A DNA stretch of 64,000 nucleotides from Nitrospiraceae bacterium. Lineage in GTDB: Bacteria > Nitrospirota > Nitrospiria > Nitrospirales > Nitrospiraceae. A program made the translations under genes and the position numbers. Shown in pieces: positions 48,513 to 60,099 of this stretch. A model generated the notes under the pieces. That model made no database searches. It was not told the origin of the DNA and saw only the letters and a program-made list of their open reading frames with translations. The stretch is from contig JBFWWG010000009.1 in NCBI GenBank assembly GCA_050246315.1, positions 1 to 64,000 on the forward strand, in the 5' to 3' direction. The first letter of the stretch is position 1. Each line of letters starts with the position of its first letter.

Positions 48513-48610
48513 GGGTCAATAGTCATCGGTCAATGGGTAGAGAGCGTTCGCAACGGGCAACGGCTGCATGAATGCATCGTCGGCTCGAATGACGAATGAC
48601 CATTGACGAT
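48508..48610. repeat. Inverted heptamer tandem repeat between nuoF and nuoG
   Basis: GTCATGG GTCAATA GTCATCG GTCAATG ... TGACGAA TGACCAT TGACGAT. Confidence 0.75.
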
Positions 48611-48613
48611 CTC

Positions 48614-49930
48614 TTAATGTCTCGCCGCCGGCATGACCAATTCGGGGATGCCGGAAAGCCCCAGCGATTTCGCCTCCCGGATCAGGTCCTCATACTCCTG
48701 CCGCCAGTACTTCAACGTGCTCAGGATGGGAGACACCTCCGCGTCGCCGAACGCGCAGACTGTTCGCCCGGCGATGTTCTTGCACAGATCCGCCAGGGTT
48801 TCAAGGTCCTCCAGGCGCCCCCGCTTGTCCAGGATGCGGCGCAGGGTCTGGGTGAGCCAGGAGCTGCCCTCTCGACAGGGCGTACACTTGCCGCAGGACT
48901 CGTGATAGAAAAATTCCATCAATCGCAAGGCCGCCCACACCATGCTCGTTCCCTCTTCCATGACCGTGACGCCGCCGGACCCCAGCATCGATCCGGCCTG
49001 GGCGACCGATTCAAAATCCATCTTCACGTCCAGGTGATCAGGGGTCAAAAAGGGCGCCGAGGCCCCGCCGGGGATGAAGGCCTTGAGCGGCTTGTCCGAT
49101 CGCATCCCGCCGGCCTGCCCATAGATCAACTCGCGAAACGTGATGCCCATCGGCACTTCATAGTTGCCTGGCCGCTGGACGTGCCCGCTCACACAGAAAA
49201 TCCTGGTACCGGTGCTTTTGGGCGGAGAACCGATGGAGGCAAACCATTCGGGCCCTCGGGTGATGATATGCGGAAGGTTCGCCAGCGTCTCCACGTTATT
49301 GACCACCGTCGGCTTGCCATAGAGGCCGTGTGTGGCAGGAAAGGGAGGTTTGACGCGGGGCAAGCCGCGCTTGCCTTCCAGGGATTCGAGCAGAGCCGTC
49401 TCCTCCCCGCAGATATAGGCGCCGGCGCCGCGGTGGACGTAGATCTCGATGGTGATGCCGCTCCCCCAGATATTCTTTCCCAGATAACCGGCCGCCCTGG
49501 CTGCTGCGATCGCGCGCTCCAGGATCGAGGCACCCAACGCGAATTCTCCGCGGATATAGATGTAGGAGGTTTCCGATCCGATCGCGTAACTGGCGATGGC
49601 GATGCCTTCCAGAACCTGATGGGGATCTCGCTCCATCAACTGCCGGTCCTTGAAGGTGCCCGGCTCGCTTTCGTCGGCGTTGCAGCAGAGGTAGCGAGGC
49701 CCTTGGTAATCCTTGGGTAGGAACCCCCATTTGATGCCCGTGGGAAACCCGGCGCCGCCCCGTCCCCGCAGGCCGGACTTCGTCACGATCGCCGCGACTT
49801 CGGCTGGGGCGACCTTGCCCAGGACCTGGCGCAGGGCTTGATAGCCTCCGGTCCGCTCGTAGTCCGTTAGGGAGCCGCTATAGCCCGGCTGCATCATGTT
49901 CTTGAGGAGGATCGGTTCGTGTGTATGCAT
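48614..49930 (-). CDS. nuoF: NADH-quinone oxidoreductase subunit F
   Basis: SGLRGRGGAGFPTG, NADESEPGT, GAGAYICGEETAL, ESCGKCTPCREG; start taken at ATG 49930. Confidence 0.97.
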   Translation of the reverse strand: MHTHEPILLKNMMQPGYSGSLTDYERTGGYQALRQVLGKVAPAEVAAIVTKSGLRGRGGAGFPTGIKWGFLPKDYQGPRYLCCNADESEPGTFKDRQLMERDPHQVLEGIAIASYAIGSETSYIYIRGEFALGASILERAIAAARAAGYLGKNIWGSGITIEIYVHRGAGAYICGEETALLESLEGKRGLPRVKPPFPATHGLYGKPTVVNNVETLANLPHIITRGPEWFASIGSPPKSTGTRIFCVSGHVQRPGNYEVPMGITFRELIYGQAGGMRSDKPLKAFIPGGASAPFLTPDHLDVKMDFESVAQAGSMLGSGGVTVMEEGTSMVWAALRLMEFFYHESCGKCTPCREGSSWLTQTLRRILDKRGRLEDLETLADLCKNIAGRTVCAFGDAEVSPILSTLKYWRQEYEDLIREAKSLGLSGIPELVMPAARH

Positions 49931-49942
49931 GCTCGTCGTTTC

Positions 49943-50026
49943 GTCAAACGTCAACGGTCATTCGTCAATCGGAGGCGAGGACGACTTCCCACCATGATCT
50001 TCCGAATGACAAGTGACGATTGACGG
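49943..50026. repeat. Inverted heptamer tandem repeat between nuoE and nuoF
   Basis: GTCAAAC GTCAACG GTCATTC GTCAATC ... TGACAAG TGACGAT TGACG. Confidence 0.75.
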
Positions 50027-50027
50027 G

Positions 50028-50558
50028 TTACGTCTCCTGCTTCGCCGGTTCAGGCCACATGAACGGCCCGCTCTTCAAGGGCGATGTGCCGGCCCGTTTG
50101 AGATCGGCCAGAACCTGATCAAGCTTCTGCTCTGTGAGGTGCTCATAGTAGTCGTCGTTGATCTGCATCATGGGACCGGTACCACAAGCGGCCAGGCATT
50201 CCACCGCGCTCACGGTGAAGAGTTTGTCCGGCGTTGTCTCCCCGGGGCCGATCCCCAGTTTTGCCTTGAGCCAGCCCAGGACGGTGTCCGAGCCCACCAG
50301 GGCGCACATGAGGGATTTGCACACCTGAATGTGAAACTTGCCGACCGGCTTTAAGTTCAACATCGTGTAGAAGGTCACCACCTCGTAGACCTGAGGAGGC
50401 GTCAGGCGTAACAATCCTGCGATCTCGATCATGGCCTGCTCGCTGATGTAGCCCTCTTCTTGCTGCGCCAGGTAGAGCAACGGAATCAGTGCCGAACGTC
50501 GTTCCGGATACCGTCCCAGAATCTCGTCGATCTCTTTTCCGTACTGTTCTCTTAACAT
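50028..50558 (-). CDS. nuoE: NADH-quinone oxidoreductase subunit E
   Basis: VYEVVTFYTM, CKSLMC, ECLAACGTGP; start taken at ATG 50558 (MLREQY). Confidence 0.93.
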   Translation of the reverse strand: MLREQYGKEIDEILGRYPERRSALIPLLYLAQQEEGYISEQAMIEIAGLLRLTPPQVYEVVTFYTMLNLKPVGKFHIQVCKSLMCALVGSDTVLGWLKAKLGIGPGETTPDKLFTVSAVECLAACGTGPMMQINDDYYEHLTEQKLDQVLADLKRAGTSPLKSGPFMWPEPAKQET

Positions 50559-50642
50559 GCAGTCTACTCTTCGATCGAGGCTGTCGAGATCTCCCCAAGT
50601 GCGCGCCTTCTTGTATTCACCCTGGCCCCAGCCACTCGCAGC

Positions 50643-50773
50643 GTGAGGTGCAGATGTGTTAGGCCAATTGCGGCCGTCACGACCCGTTGCGCTAAGGAGG
50701 GCGCAACGGGTCCCCCGGCACATTCTGATTGTGCGCGCTCCGGGAGCACAGGGCTAACACATCTGCGCCTCAC
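50643..50773. repeat. Intergenic inverted-repeat element between nuoCD and nuoE
   Basis: 20-bp IR GTGAGGTGCAGATGTGTTAG / CTAACACATCTGCGCCTCAC; inner 12-bp hairpin GACCCGTTGCGC / GCGCAACGGGTC at 50681-50712. Confidence 0.7.
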
Positions 50774-52521
50774 CGATCACATTCCCCCATGACGATATCG
50801 TACGTGCCGAAAATCGTGATGATGTCCGAGATCAGATAGCCGCGAGCCATATGGTCGAACGCCCCCATGTGGATGAAGGAAGGGGCGCGAATTTTCATTC
50901 GGTACGGGCGTGGGCTCCCGTCGCTGATCAGAAAGAATCCCAGTTCGCCCTTGGGCGCCTCGGTGGCGCAGTAGGTTTCGCCCTTGGGCGGCTTGAATCC
51001 CTGGGTAAAGATAATGAAGTGGTGGATCAGACTTTCCATGTCCCGCATGACCTTTTCCTTGGGCGGAGGAATCACGGTCGGGCTGTCGGCCATGATCGGC
51101 CCTTGAGGCATCTGGTCCAGACATTGGCGGATGATCCGGCAGCTCTGGTGCATCTCCTCCATCCGGATCCAATAGCGGTCGTAGGTATCGCCGTTCTTGC
51201 CGACCGGCACCTCCCAATCCACCTTGTCGTAAGCGCCGTACGGTTCGTACTTGCGGACGTCGTAATCCACGCCTGATCCGCGCAACGTCGGTCCGGTGAG
51301 GCCGAAACTGATCGCGTCCTCTGCCGAAATGACGGCGACCCCCTTCGTGCGGCCGAGCCAGATCCGATTATTCATGATCAAGCTGTCGTATTCGCGGATA
51401 TGCTCGGGAAACGTCTCGAGAAAGGCCTTGAGGCGCGCGATGAGGTCCGGGGTGAGATCGGCGTCCACTCCGCCGATCCGGTAATAGTTCAGCGTCAGGC
51501 GCGCCCCGCAGAGCTTTTCGAACATGTCGAGCAGCACCTCACGCTCCCGGAAGGTCCAGAAAAAAACGGTCATAGCACCGATGTCCAACGCCTGCGTGCC
51601 CAGCCAGAATAGATGACCGATGATGCGCTGCATCTCGGCCACGATCGTGCGGACGTACTCGGCCCGCTCCGGCACGGTGATCCCGACCAGCTTTTCCACC
51701 GCTCGAACATAGGCGTAGTTGTTGGTCATCGAGCAGACGTAGTCCAGCCGGTCGGTATGCGGGATGACCTGCATATAATGGAGACCTTCGGCCAACTTTT
51801 CGACGCCACGATGCAGGTACCCCAGGTCCGGCGTGGCCTTTACGATCCGCTCCCCGTCCAGTTCGAGCACGACGCGCAAGACTCCGTGGGTGCTGGGGTG
51901 CTGAGGGCCCATGTTCAACAGCAGCTCTTCGGTCCGTTGCGAGGAGGCCGGCGGGCCTCCATTCGCAAGAAAAGCCTGCTTGTCCGCGACAGAGATCTCT
52001 CCGGCCAGTTCGGCCGGCGGTTCGTCCAGGCGTGGAATGAACGGGAATGACCCGCGCCATCCACGGCCCTCCGCCGGAAAGTCCTTTCGGAGCGGATAGC
52101 CCTCGTCGTAATCCTCCGGCATGAGGATGCGGCGCAAATCCGGATGTTGTTCGAAGACGATGCCCATGAGGTCGTAGACCTCCCGCTCCATGAACTCGGC
52201 TCCGCGCCAGATCCCTGTCACCGAGGGCAGCGAAGGACGGTCCTCTGTCAGCCGGGCCTTGATGCGGATCCGGTGCCGGTGCGGCAGTGAAAGGAAATGG
52301 TAGATCACCTCGAATCGTTCGGGCGCGTCCGGATAATCCGCGGAGCAGATGTCGGTGATATGATCGAACGACAACGCCGGCTCGTCGTGGAGAAAGTGGC
52401 CGATGTCCAGAAGCCGATCGGCCCGCACGTGCGCCGAGAGATCTCCACGAGACAGATCCTCGTGGAGCTCCAGCACCGTGTCGGGAAACTTGGCCTTGAG
52501 TCGTTCGAGCACCGGATGCAT
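50770..52521 (-). CDS. nuoCD: Fused NADH-quinone oxidoreductase subunit C/D (start may be up to 52545)
   Basis: NuoC EREVYDLMGI..HPDLRRIL..YPLRKDFP followed in frame by NuoD NMGPQHPSTHGVLR, GYLHRGVEK, GECDR. Confidence 0.96.
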   Translation of the reverse strand: MHPVLERLKAKFPDTVLELHEDLSRGDLSAHVRADRLLDIGHFLHDEPALSFDHITDICSADYPDAPERFEVIYHFLSLPHRHRIRIKARLTEDRPSLPSVTGIWRGAEFMEREVYDLMGIVFEQHPDLRRILMPEDYDEGYPLRKDFPAEGRGWRGSFPFIPRLDEPPAELAGEISVADKQAFLANGGPPASSQRTEELLLNMGPQHPSTHGVLRVVLELDGERIVKATPDLGYLHRGVEKLAEGLHYMQVIPHTDRLDYVCSMTNNYAYVRAVEKLVGITVPERAEYVRTIVAEMQRIIGHLFWLGTQALDIGAMTVFFWTFREREVLLDMFEKLCGARLTLNYYRIGGVDADLTPDLIARLKAFLETFPEHIREYDSLIMNNRIWLGRTKGVAVISAEDAISFGLTGPTLRGSGVDYDVRKYEPYGAYDKVDWEVPVGKNGDTYDRYWIRMEEMHQSCRIIRQCLDQMPQGPIMADSPTVIPPPKEKVMRDMESLIHHFIIFTQGFKPPKGETYCATEAPKGELGFFLISDGSPRPYRMKIRAPSFIHMGAFDHMARGYLISDIITIFGTYDIVMGECDR

Positions 52522-52533
52522 CGTCGTCCATGC

Positions 52534-52608
52534 GTCAACCGTCATGGGTCAAGCGTCATGGGAATCCACGATCCCCTCGATTGACGAATGACCATTGACG
52601 AATGACCA
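52534..52608. repeat. Inverted heptamer tandem repeat between nuoB and nuoCD
   Basis: GTCAACC GTCATGG GTCAAGC GTCATGG ... TGACGAA TGACCAT TGACGAA TGACCAC. Confidence 0.8.
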
Positions 52609-52609
52609 C

Positions 52610-53089
52610 CTATTTCACGAACACCTTCTCGCGCTGGATTTTCTCCTGCAATTTCATCAGCCCGTCCAGCAGGGCCTCGGGCCGCGGCGGACAACCGGGG
52701 ATATAGACATCCACCGGCACGATTTGATCCACCCCCTGCACCACACTGTAACTGTTGTAATGGTTGCCTGAGGTGGCGCAGGATCCCATGGAGATCACGT
52801 AGCGCGGCTCGGGCATCTGGTCGTAAATCCGGCGGATGACCGGAGCCATCTTGCGCGTCACCGTGCCCGCGACGATCATGAGGTCGGATTGACGCGGAGA
52901 AGCGCGGAAGACGCCGGCGCCGAACCGGTCGATGTCGTAACGCGACGAGACGGCCGCAATCATTTCGATCGCGCAGCAGGCCAACCCGAACGTCATCGGC
53001 CAGAGCGCGGACTTGCGGGCCCACCCGACCAACGCATCCAGGTTCGTGGTGATGATGTTCGGCTCGAATTGCCGCTCGAGAACGCTCAC
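52610..53089 (-). CDS. nuoB: NADH-quinone oxidoreductase subunit B
   Basis: [32 protein letters not shown]. Confidence 0.97.
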   Translation of the reverse strand: MSVLERQFEPNIITTNLDALVGWARKSALWPMTFGLACCAIEMIAAVSSRYDIDRFGAGVFRASPRQSDLMIVAGTVTRKMAPVIRRIYDQMPEPRYVISMGSCATSGNHYNSYSVVQGVDQIVPVDVYIPGCPPRPEALLDGLMKLQEKIQREKVFVK

Positions 53090-53134
53090 GTCATTCGCTC
53101 CAGTGCTGAGTGCTGACCTATTGGAATCATCCTG

Positions 53135-53506
53135 CTAATCCCACTCCAGGGCGCCCTTTTTCCACGCATACCATAAGCCCACGACCAGGATGGCGATGAA
53201 CAGCATCATTTCAAGCAGCCCGACCAGTCCGATCTTCTGAAAGACCACGGCCCAGGGAAACAGAAACACGACTTCGATATCGAAAATCACGAAGAGCATC
53301 GCGATGACGTAATACCGCATCGGGAACTGCACCCGCGCATCCTGAAACAGCGGGCTTCCGCTCTCGTAGGGGACCAGTTTGGCCTTGTAGGGCCGATGTG
53401 GACGTACGATCTTACCGGCTACCAGCGACACCAGCCCGAACGCCAGCGCGATGCCGATGAACAGCAGGATCGGAATATAATTGAGGGGCGTTGCCTCGGT
53501 AGCCAT
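53135..53506 (-). CDS. nuoA: NADH-quinone oxidoreductase subunit A
   Basis: PYESG, FVIFDIEVVFLFPWA, WKKGALEW. Confidence 0.96.
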   Translation of the reverse strand: MATEATPLNYIPILLFIGIALAFGLVSLVAGKIVRPHRPYKAKLVPYESGSPLFQDARVQFPMRYYVIAMLFVIFDIEVVFLFPWAVVFQKIGLVGLLEMMLFIAILVVGLWYAWKKGALEWD

Positions 53507-53510
53507 CGCG

Positions 53511-54764
53511 CTATTGCACCTCGAACCCGGTGGACGGTTGAAGGATGGAGCCGAAGAAGGGCTGGTGGTTCAACCCTTCCAACCCCTGCCCGCTCGTCGC
53601 CGCCAAGCCCTTTTGCTGGATCAGGAGCTTGAAGGTCCGCCCCATGCCTTCTGGCCGCAACAATTGGACGATTGCCTGAAATTCCGGCGAGCCAGGCTCC
53701 AGCGATTCGAGAAACGATTCCACGCCCAAACTGATGAGGAAGCTCATCTGGTTGGTGAAGCCCGTCAGGTCCAGCCCGACTTCCCGACCAACCTGGGCCA
53801 GGGTCGTGAAATCCACGTGGCTGGTCAAGTCCTGTTCACCGACCCGGATCAACGGATTCTCCGCGATCATGTGCCGGTAGTATCCCAGCAATGTGCCTTG
53901 CCGACGATCCGGTCCATAGAGGTCATGGGCGGCATGGCCGTAGTCGATCGTGATCACGTAACCTCGAGCAAGGGTGCGGGCGATCTCCCGCATCCAACCC
54001 ACGGCGGCGAGATTCACCTCGGCGCAGGCGTCTTCCGGCAGTGTGATGCCCGCGCGGGAAAAATAGTCGGACAGGGCCGGTGTGGATAGAGGCCCCGGAG
54101 TTTCTTGAAATTGGTCTTGCGAGAGGCTCACGTAGAGTTCCTCCAGCCGGCCCTGCCTCATCCGGACTCGATGGACTGGAAAGGCATCCACCAATTCATT
54201 GGACAGCAGCACCCCGGTGACGCTCTCCTCGCCCAACGAGGTCAAGTCCTCCGCCCACACCACCTTTCCCGGAATCGAGACCCACTCGGCCAGGTTCTCC
54301 TGTTGGACGCGCCGATGCACCGGACTCCGGTCCACCAACACGTAGCTCCCCCGGGCAAACAGATCTTTGTATCGCTCGGACCAACAGGTCAGGATGTCCC
54401 TAGCCAAGAGGCCCTTCCCGGCCCCCATTTCGACGACGGTGAACGGCGACGGATGGCCAAGGACTTCATCCATTTGAGCCAGTTGCTTGGCGAGCGCCCA
54501 TCCGATGGCTCCATGCACGTCTGAACTGGTGTAGTAGTCTCCGTTCCATCCGATACGCTCGCCGATGTCTCCATGATCCGGGTCGGAAGGTAACCGGGTG
54601 TAGTATCCGTACGTTGGATGATACAGCGCCAAGTCCATGAAATGAGCAAAGGTGATCGGACCGGCCTGCTCGATTTCATCACGGATCAGACAGAGCAACT
54701 CTGGCACACCCTCGCTTGGAGACTCTCGTTTTGTCGAGTGAGTATCAGTCGATGCCAGCTTCAA
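53511..54764 (-). CDS. SAM-dependent methyltransferase, MidA/NDUFAF7 family (start uncertain)
   Basis: GPITFAHFMDLALY..GYY, GDYYTS, VEMGAGKG, SNELVDAFP, IDYG, GEQDLTSHVDF. Confidence 0.92.
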   Translation of the reverse strand: MKLASTDTHSTKRESPSEGVPELLCLIRDEIEQAGPITFAHFMDLALYHPTYGYYTRLPSDPDHGDIGERIGWNGDYYTSSDVHGAIGWALAKQLAQMDEVLGHPSPFTVVEMGAGKGLLARDILTCWSERYKDLFARGSYVLVDRSPVHRRVQQENLAEWVSIPGKVVWAEDLTSLGEESVTGVLLSNELVDAFPVHRVRMRQGRLEELYVSLSQDQFQETPGPLSTPALSDYFSRAGITLPEDACAEVNLAAVGWMREIARTLARGYVITIDYGHAAHDLYGPDRRQGTLLGYYRHMIAENPLIRVGEQDLTSHVDFTTLAQVGREVGLDLTGFTNQMSFLISLGVESFLESLEPGSPEFQAIVQLLRPEGMGRTFKLLIQQKGLAATSGQGLEGLNHQPFFGSILQPSTGFEVQ

Positions 54765-55048
54765 GAGACACCAAGAGCCCCGAGACTTTTGTCCGGAAAA
54801 AGAGGGGCTTAGGGTAGCGGTTCGGCGCGCGCAAAGTCAATCGCGAGAGAGGAAGAAGGAAAACCGAAGAAGGACCTTCTGCGAGGTGTAGCAGCCAGTC
54901 ATAGCTTCCGTGCAGAGGATCTCGTGTAGTAGAGTCCGAAACGTCGCCCAATGATGAGTCTGGCCACCAGAGTGAGTCGAGCGTCGCTTTCGTGGTGATC
55001 GGACCGAGTCGGCCAATGTCCGAAAAATGAAATCCTGAGTATGACACG

Positions 55049-56578
55049 ATGTTCCCACCTCGCTGTAGGCGGTCACGCGCACCGGCTGTGGCCTTGATCG
55101 CCGTTTTAACGTTGAACGGTTGCGGCGGTGGAGACAGCACCGGTACGCCGCCGGTGATACAAGCCCCAACCGGATTATCGTATCCAACGCCTCCGACCTA
55201 TTTTGTGGGGGCGGCGATCGATACGCTGACGCCGACTGTCACGGGCATGCCCACAGCATACAGCGTGTCGCCGGCGCTCCCGCTCGGGCTGACCTTGAAT
55301 CCGACTCACGGCTGGATCACCGGCACGCCAGCCGTGCCGATACCGGCGGCAAGCTATGTCATCCGGGCGGAGAATGCGGGTGGCGCGGCGAGTACATCCC
55401 TTCTCATCACCGTTGATCCGCCCGCTCCGGTGCTCCGACTGGAACCGATCAGCGGGACGACCATCGGCATCGGGCAAGCCCTGGACCTCCACGTGGCCTA
55501 TAGGAGCCTGAGCACGGACCCCTATCCGGCCTATGTCGACAAAGATCAGGTCGCGTGGAATTCCTCGCAGCCTGCGATTGCGACCGTCGGACCAGATGGA
55601 GTGGTGTCTGGGGTGAGTCAGGGGACGACCATGATCACGGCATCGTACCGATCCCTCTCGAAGCAAGTTCCGATTGGAGTCGGTGGCACCTATCTCAACA
55701 GAGAGGTGACCGTACCCGGTCAAGGAAGCCGACGGTACGCCATACTGTCTCCCTCCGGGGTGGCTGCCGGCAAGCCGCTACCGGTGCTGGTGACCATGCA
55801 TGGCGGTGGTGGAACGGCTCGCATCCAAGCATCCACGTCTCTGCTCAGCGCGCTCGCCCAAACGCGGAAGGTACTGGTGGTCTACCTCGAAGGCAGCGGA
55901 GTCATCCAGACGTTTAACGCCGGAAGCTGCTGTGGATATGCCCAAACCAACCAGGTTGACGATGTGACCTACGTGCGTGCCGTGTTGGACGATCTTGCGG
56001 TGCGTGACGTGATCGATCCCGCCCGTATCTATGCTACAGGGTTTTCAAACGGCGGCATGATGGCGCATCGTCTTGCCTGCGCGCTGGCCGATCGACTGGC
56101 GGGCATTGCGGCGATCGCAGGGGCGTCGGGACAGTTTGACAAGGATCTTAACCAGTTCTATGCCTGCAATCCCGCACGTCCCATCCCCGTTCTCCACGTG
56201 CACGCCACGAACGATCGCAATTACCCGTTCACCGGAGGCGTGGGAAGCGGGATCTCCAGTACAAATTTCTATCCCGTCGCCTCGACGGTCTCCGATTGGA
56301 TTGTCCGCAACAATGTTACGGCACAGGCCGTGACAGAATTCCTCGCACCGACCACGATCTGTGTGCGATATGCCAGTCCGGCGGATGCGGCGAAGCCGAG
56401 TGCCCCCGTAACCCTGTGCACCGTCGATCCGCCGGATGTGTACGACCCTACGACCGAAGTCGTATTCGGAGGCGGGCATTCCTGGCCAGGCGGGAACCGC
56501 TCGCCCTCTCCTTCCAGCGATGTGCCGGTGACGGATTTCAGCGCCAATGACTACATGTGGCGCTACTTCGGCAACTGA
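55049..56578 (+). CDS. Lipoprotein with Ig-like domains fused to a PHB-depolymerase/LpqP-family esterase
   Basis: Lipobox LNGC; LPLGLTLNPTHGWITGTP (He_PIG-like); WNSSQPAIATV (Big_2-like); MHGGGG, FNAGSCCG, nucleophile GFSNGG, GGHSWPGG. Confidence 0.85.
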   Translation: MFPPRCRRSRAPAVALIAVLTLNGCGGGDSTGTPPVIQAPTGLSYPTPPTYFVGAAIDTLTPTVTGMPTAYSVSPALPLGLTLNPTHGWITGTPAVPIPAASYVIRAENAGGAASTSLLITVDPPAPVLRLEPISGTTIGIGQALDLHVAYRSLSTDPYPAYVDKDQVAWNSSQPAIATVGPDGVVSGVSQGTTMITASYRSLSKQVPIGVGGTYLNREVTVPGQGSRRYAILSPSGVAAGKPLPVLVTMHGGGGTARIQASTSLLSALAQTRKVLVVYLEGSGVIQTFNAGSCCGYAQTNQVDDVTYVRAVLDDLAVRDVIDPARIYATGFSNGGMMAHRLACALADRLAGIAAIAGASGQFDKDLNQFYACNPARPIPVLHVHATNDRNYPFTGGVGSGISSTNFYPVASTVSDWIVRNNVTAQAVTEFLAPTTICVRYASPADAAKPSAPVTLCTVDPPDVYDPTTEVVFGGGHSWPGGNRSPSPSSDVPVTDFSANDYMWRYFGN

Positions 56579-56757
56579 GATGGCGTCGGGAAGGTGGCGC
56601 CGCGCCTGCCCAGTGCCGGCTCTCGTCATGCATGCGGAACGTTTTTCTCAGGGATCGAGGTGGGGGCGTGCTCTCATCGCGGCCGCCGAGCGAGAGACTT
56701 CTTAAGCGCGGGCTCCGGGAGCACCAGAGTCACGCCCAACCCAGGTCCCCCTCCCCA

Positions 56758-59460
<2,703 letters not shown>

Positions 59461-59625
59461 AGTGGCTCTGTCATCTCGTCGGGGAATTCATCCTGTTTGC
59501 CTCAGGCGGGAGACCAGGCGTAATGGCCGGAGTATACAGCAAACGAAAGAACGAATCATACCAAGAAAGACGATCGGACTGCCAGACTTGACAGGAGGCC
59601 GCCGAAATTCTTAGCATCAGGGCGG

Positions 59626-59982
59626 ATGTTTACGTACCTCTCGTCGAGATCCATTGCGATGGCCGCCAGCCGGTCGATCACCGGTGCGCGCCCTGTGGTT
59701 GCGCTCGTTCTCGTCGTCCTGCTGATCGGGCTCTCCGCAATGCTCTACCCGGCCAGCGTGCCCCATCTGATGCACCACGCGCAGCACCAGACGGGCACGC
59801 ACGGGACGGCTCTCTGTTCCTGGGAGTGTGCCGCGGGGCAGGTGGCGGACCACGGCGCCCTCAATCTGCCTTTTGTATCGCTCGCCTCAGAGCGCGCGTT
59901 TCTCTTGCAGGGCCGCGTCTCCCCCTCTCTGCTTGCGGTCGAAGGATCTTCCCGTTCCCCGCCATCCGTTCATACCGCCTAG
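59626..59982 (+). CDS. DUF2946/CruR/CutF-like small protein (putative leader/arrest peptide)
   Basis: Hydrophobic N-terminus, His cluster HLMHHAQH, CSWEC, C-terminal SSRSPP. Confidence 0.65.
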   Translation: MFTYLSSRSIAMAASRSITGARPVVALVLVVLLIGLSAMLYPASVPHLMHHAQHQTGTHGTALCSWECAAGQVADHGALNLPFVSLASERAFLLQGRVSPSLLAVEGSSRSPPSVHTA

Positions 59983-60099
59983 CTCTCCAAACCTGACATC
60001 CGTCGTTACGTTTCACGCGTAGACATGAAGGATGGTGAGGCGTCCCGCGCCGCCCGAGTGGGCGGGGGAAGGACCCATCCGTAAAGAAGGGAAAGGCAC

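Noticed and set aside
38137..53506. Unusual 2M-type complex I
   Set aside because: Only one nuoM is present; this is the canonical operon with nuoEFG and fused nuoCD.
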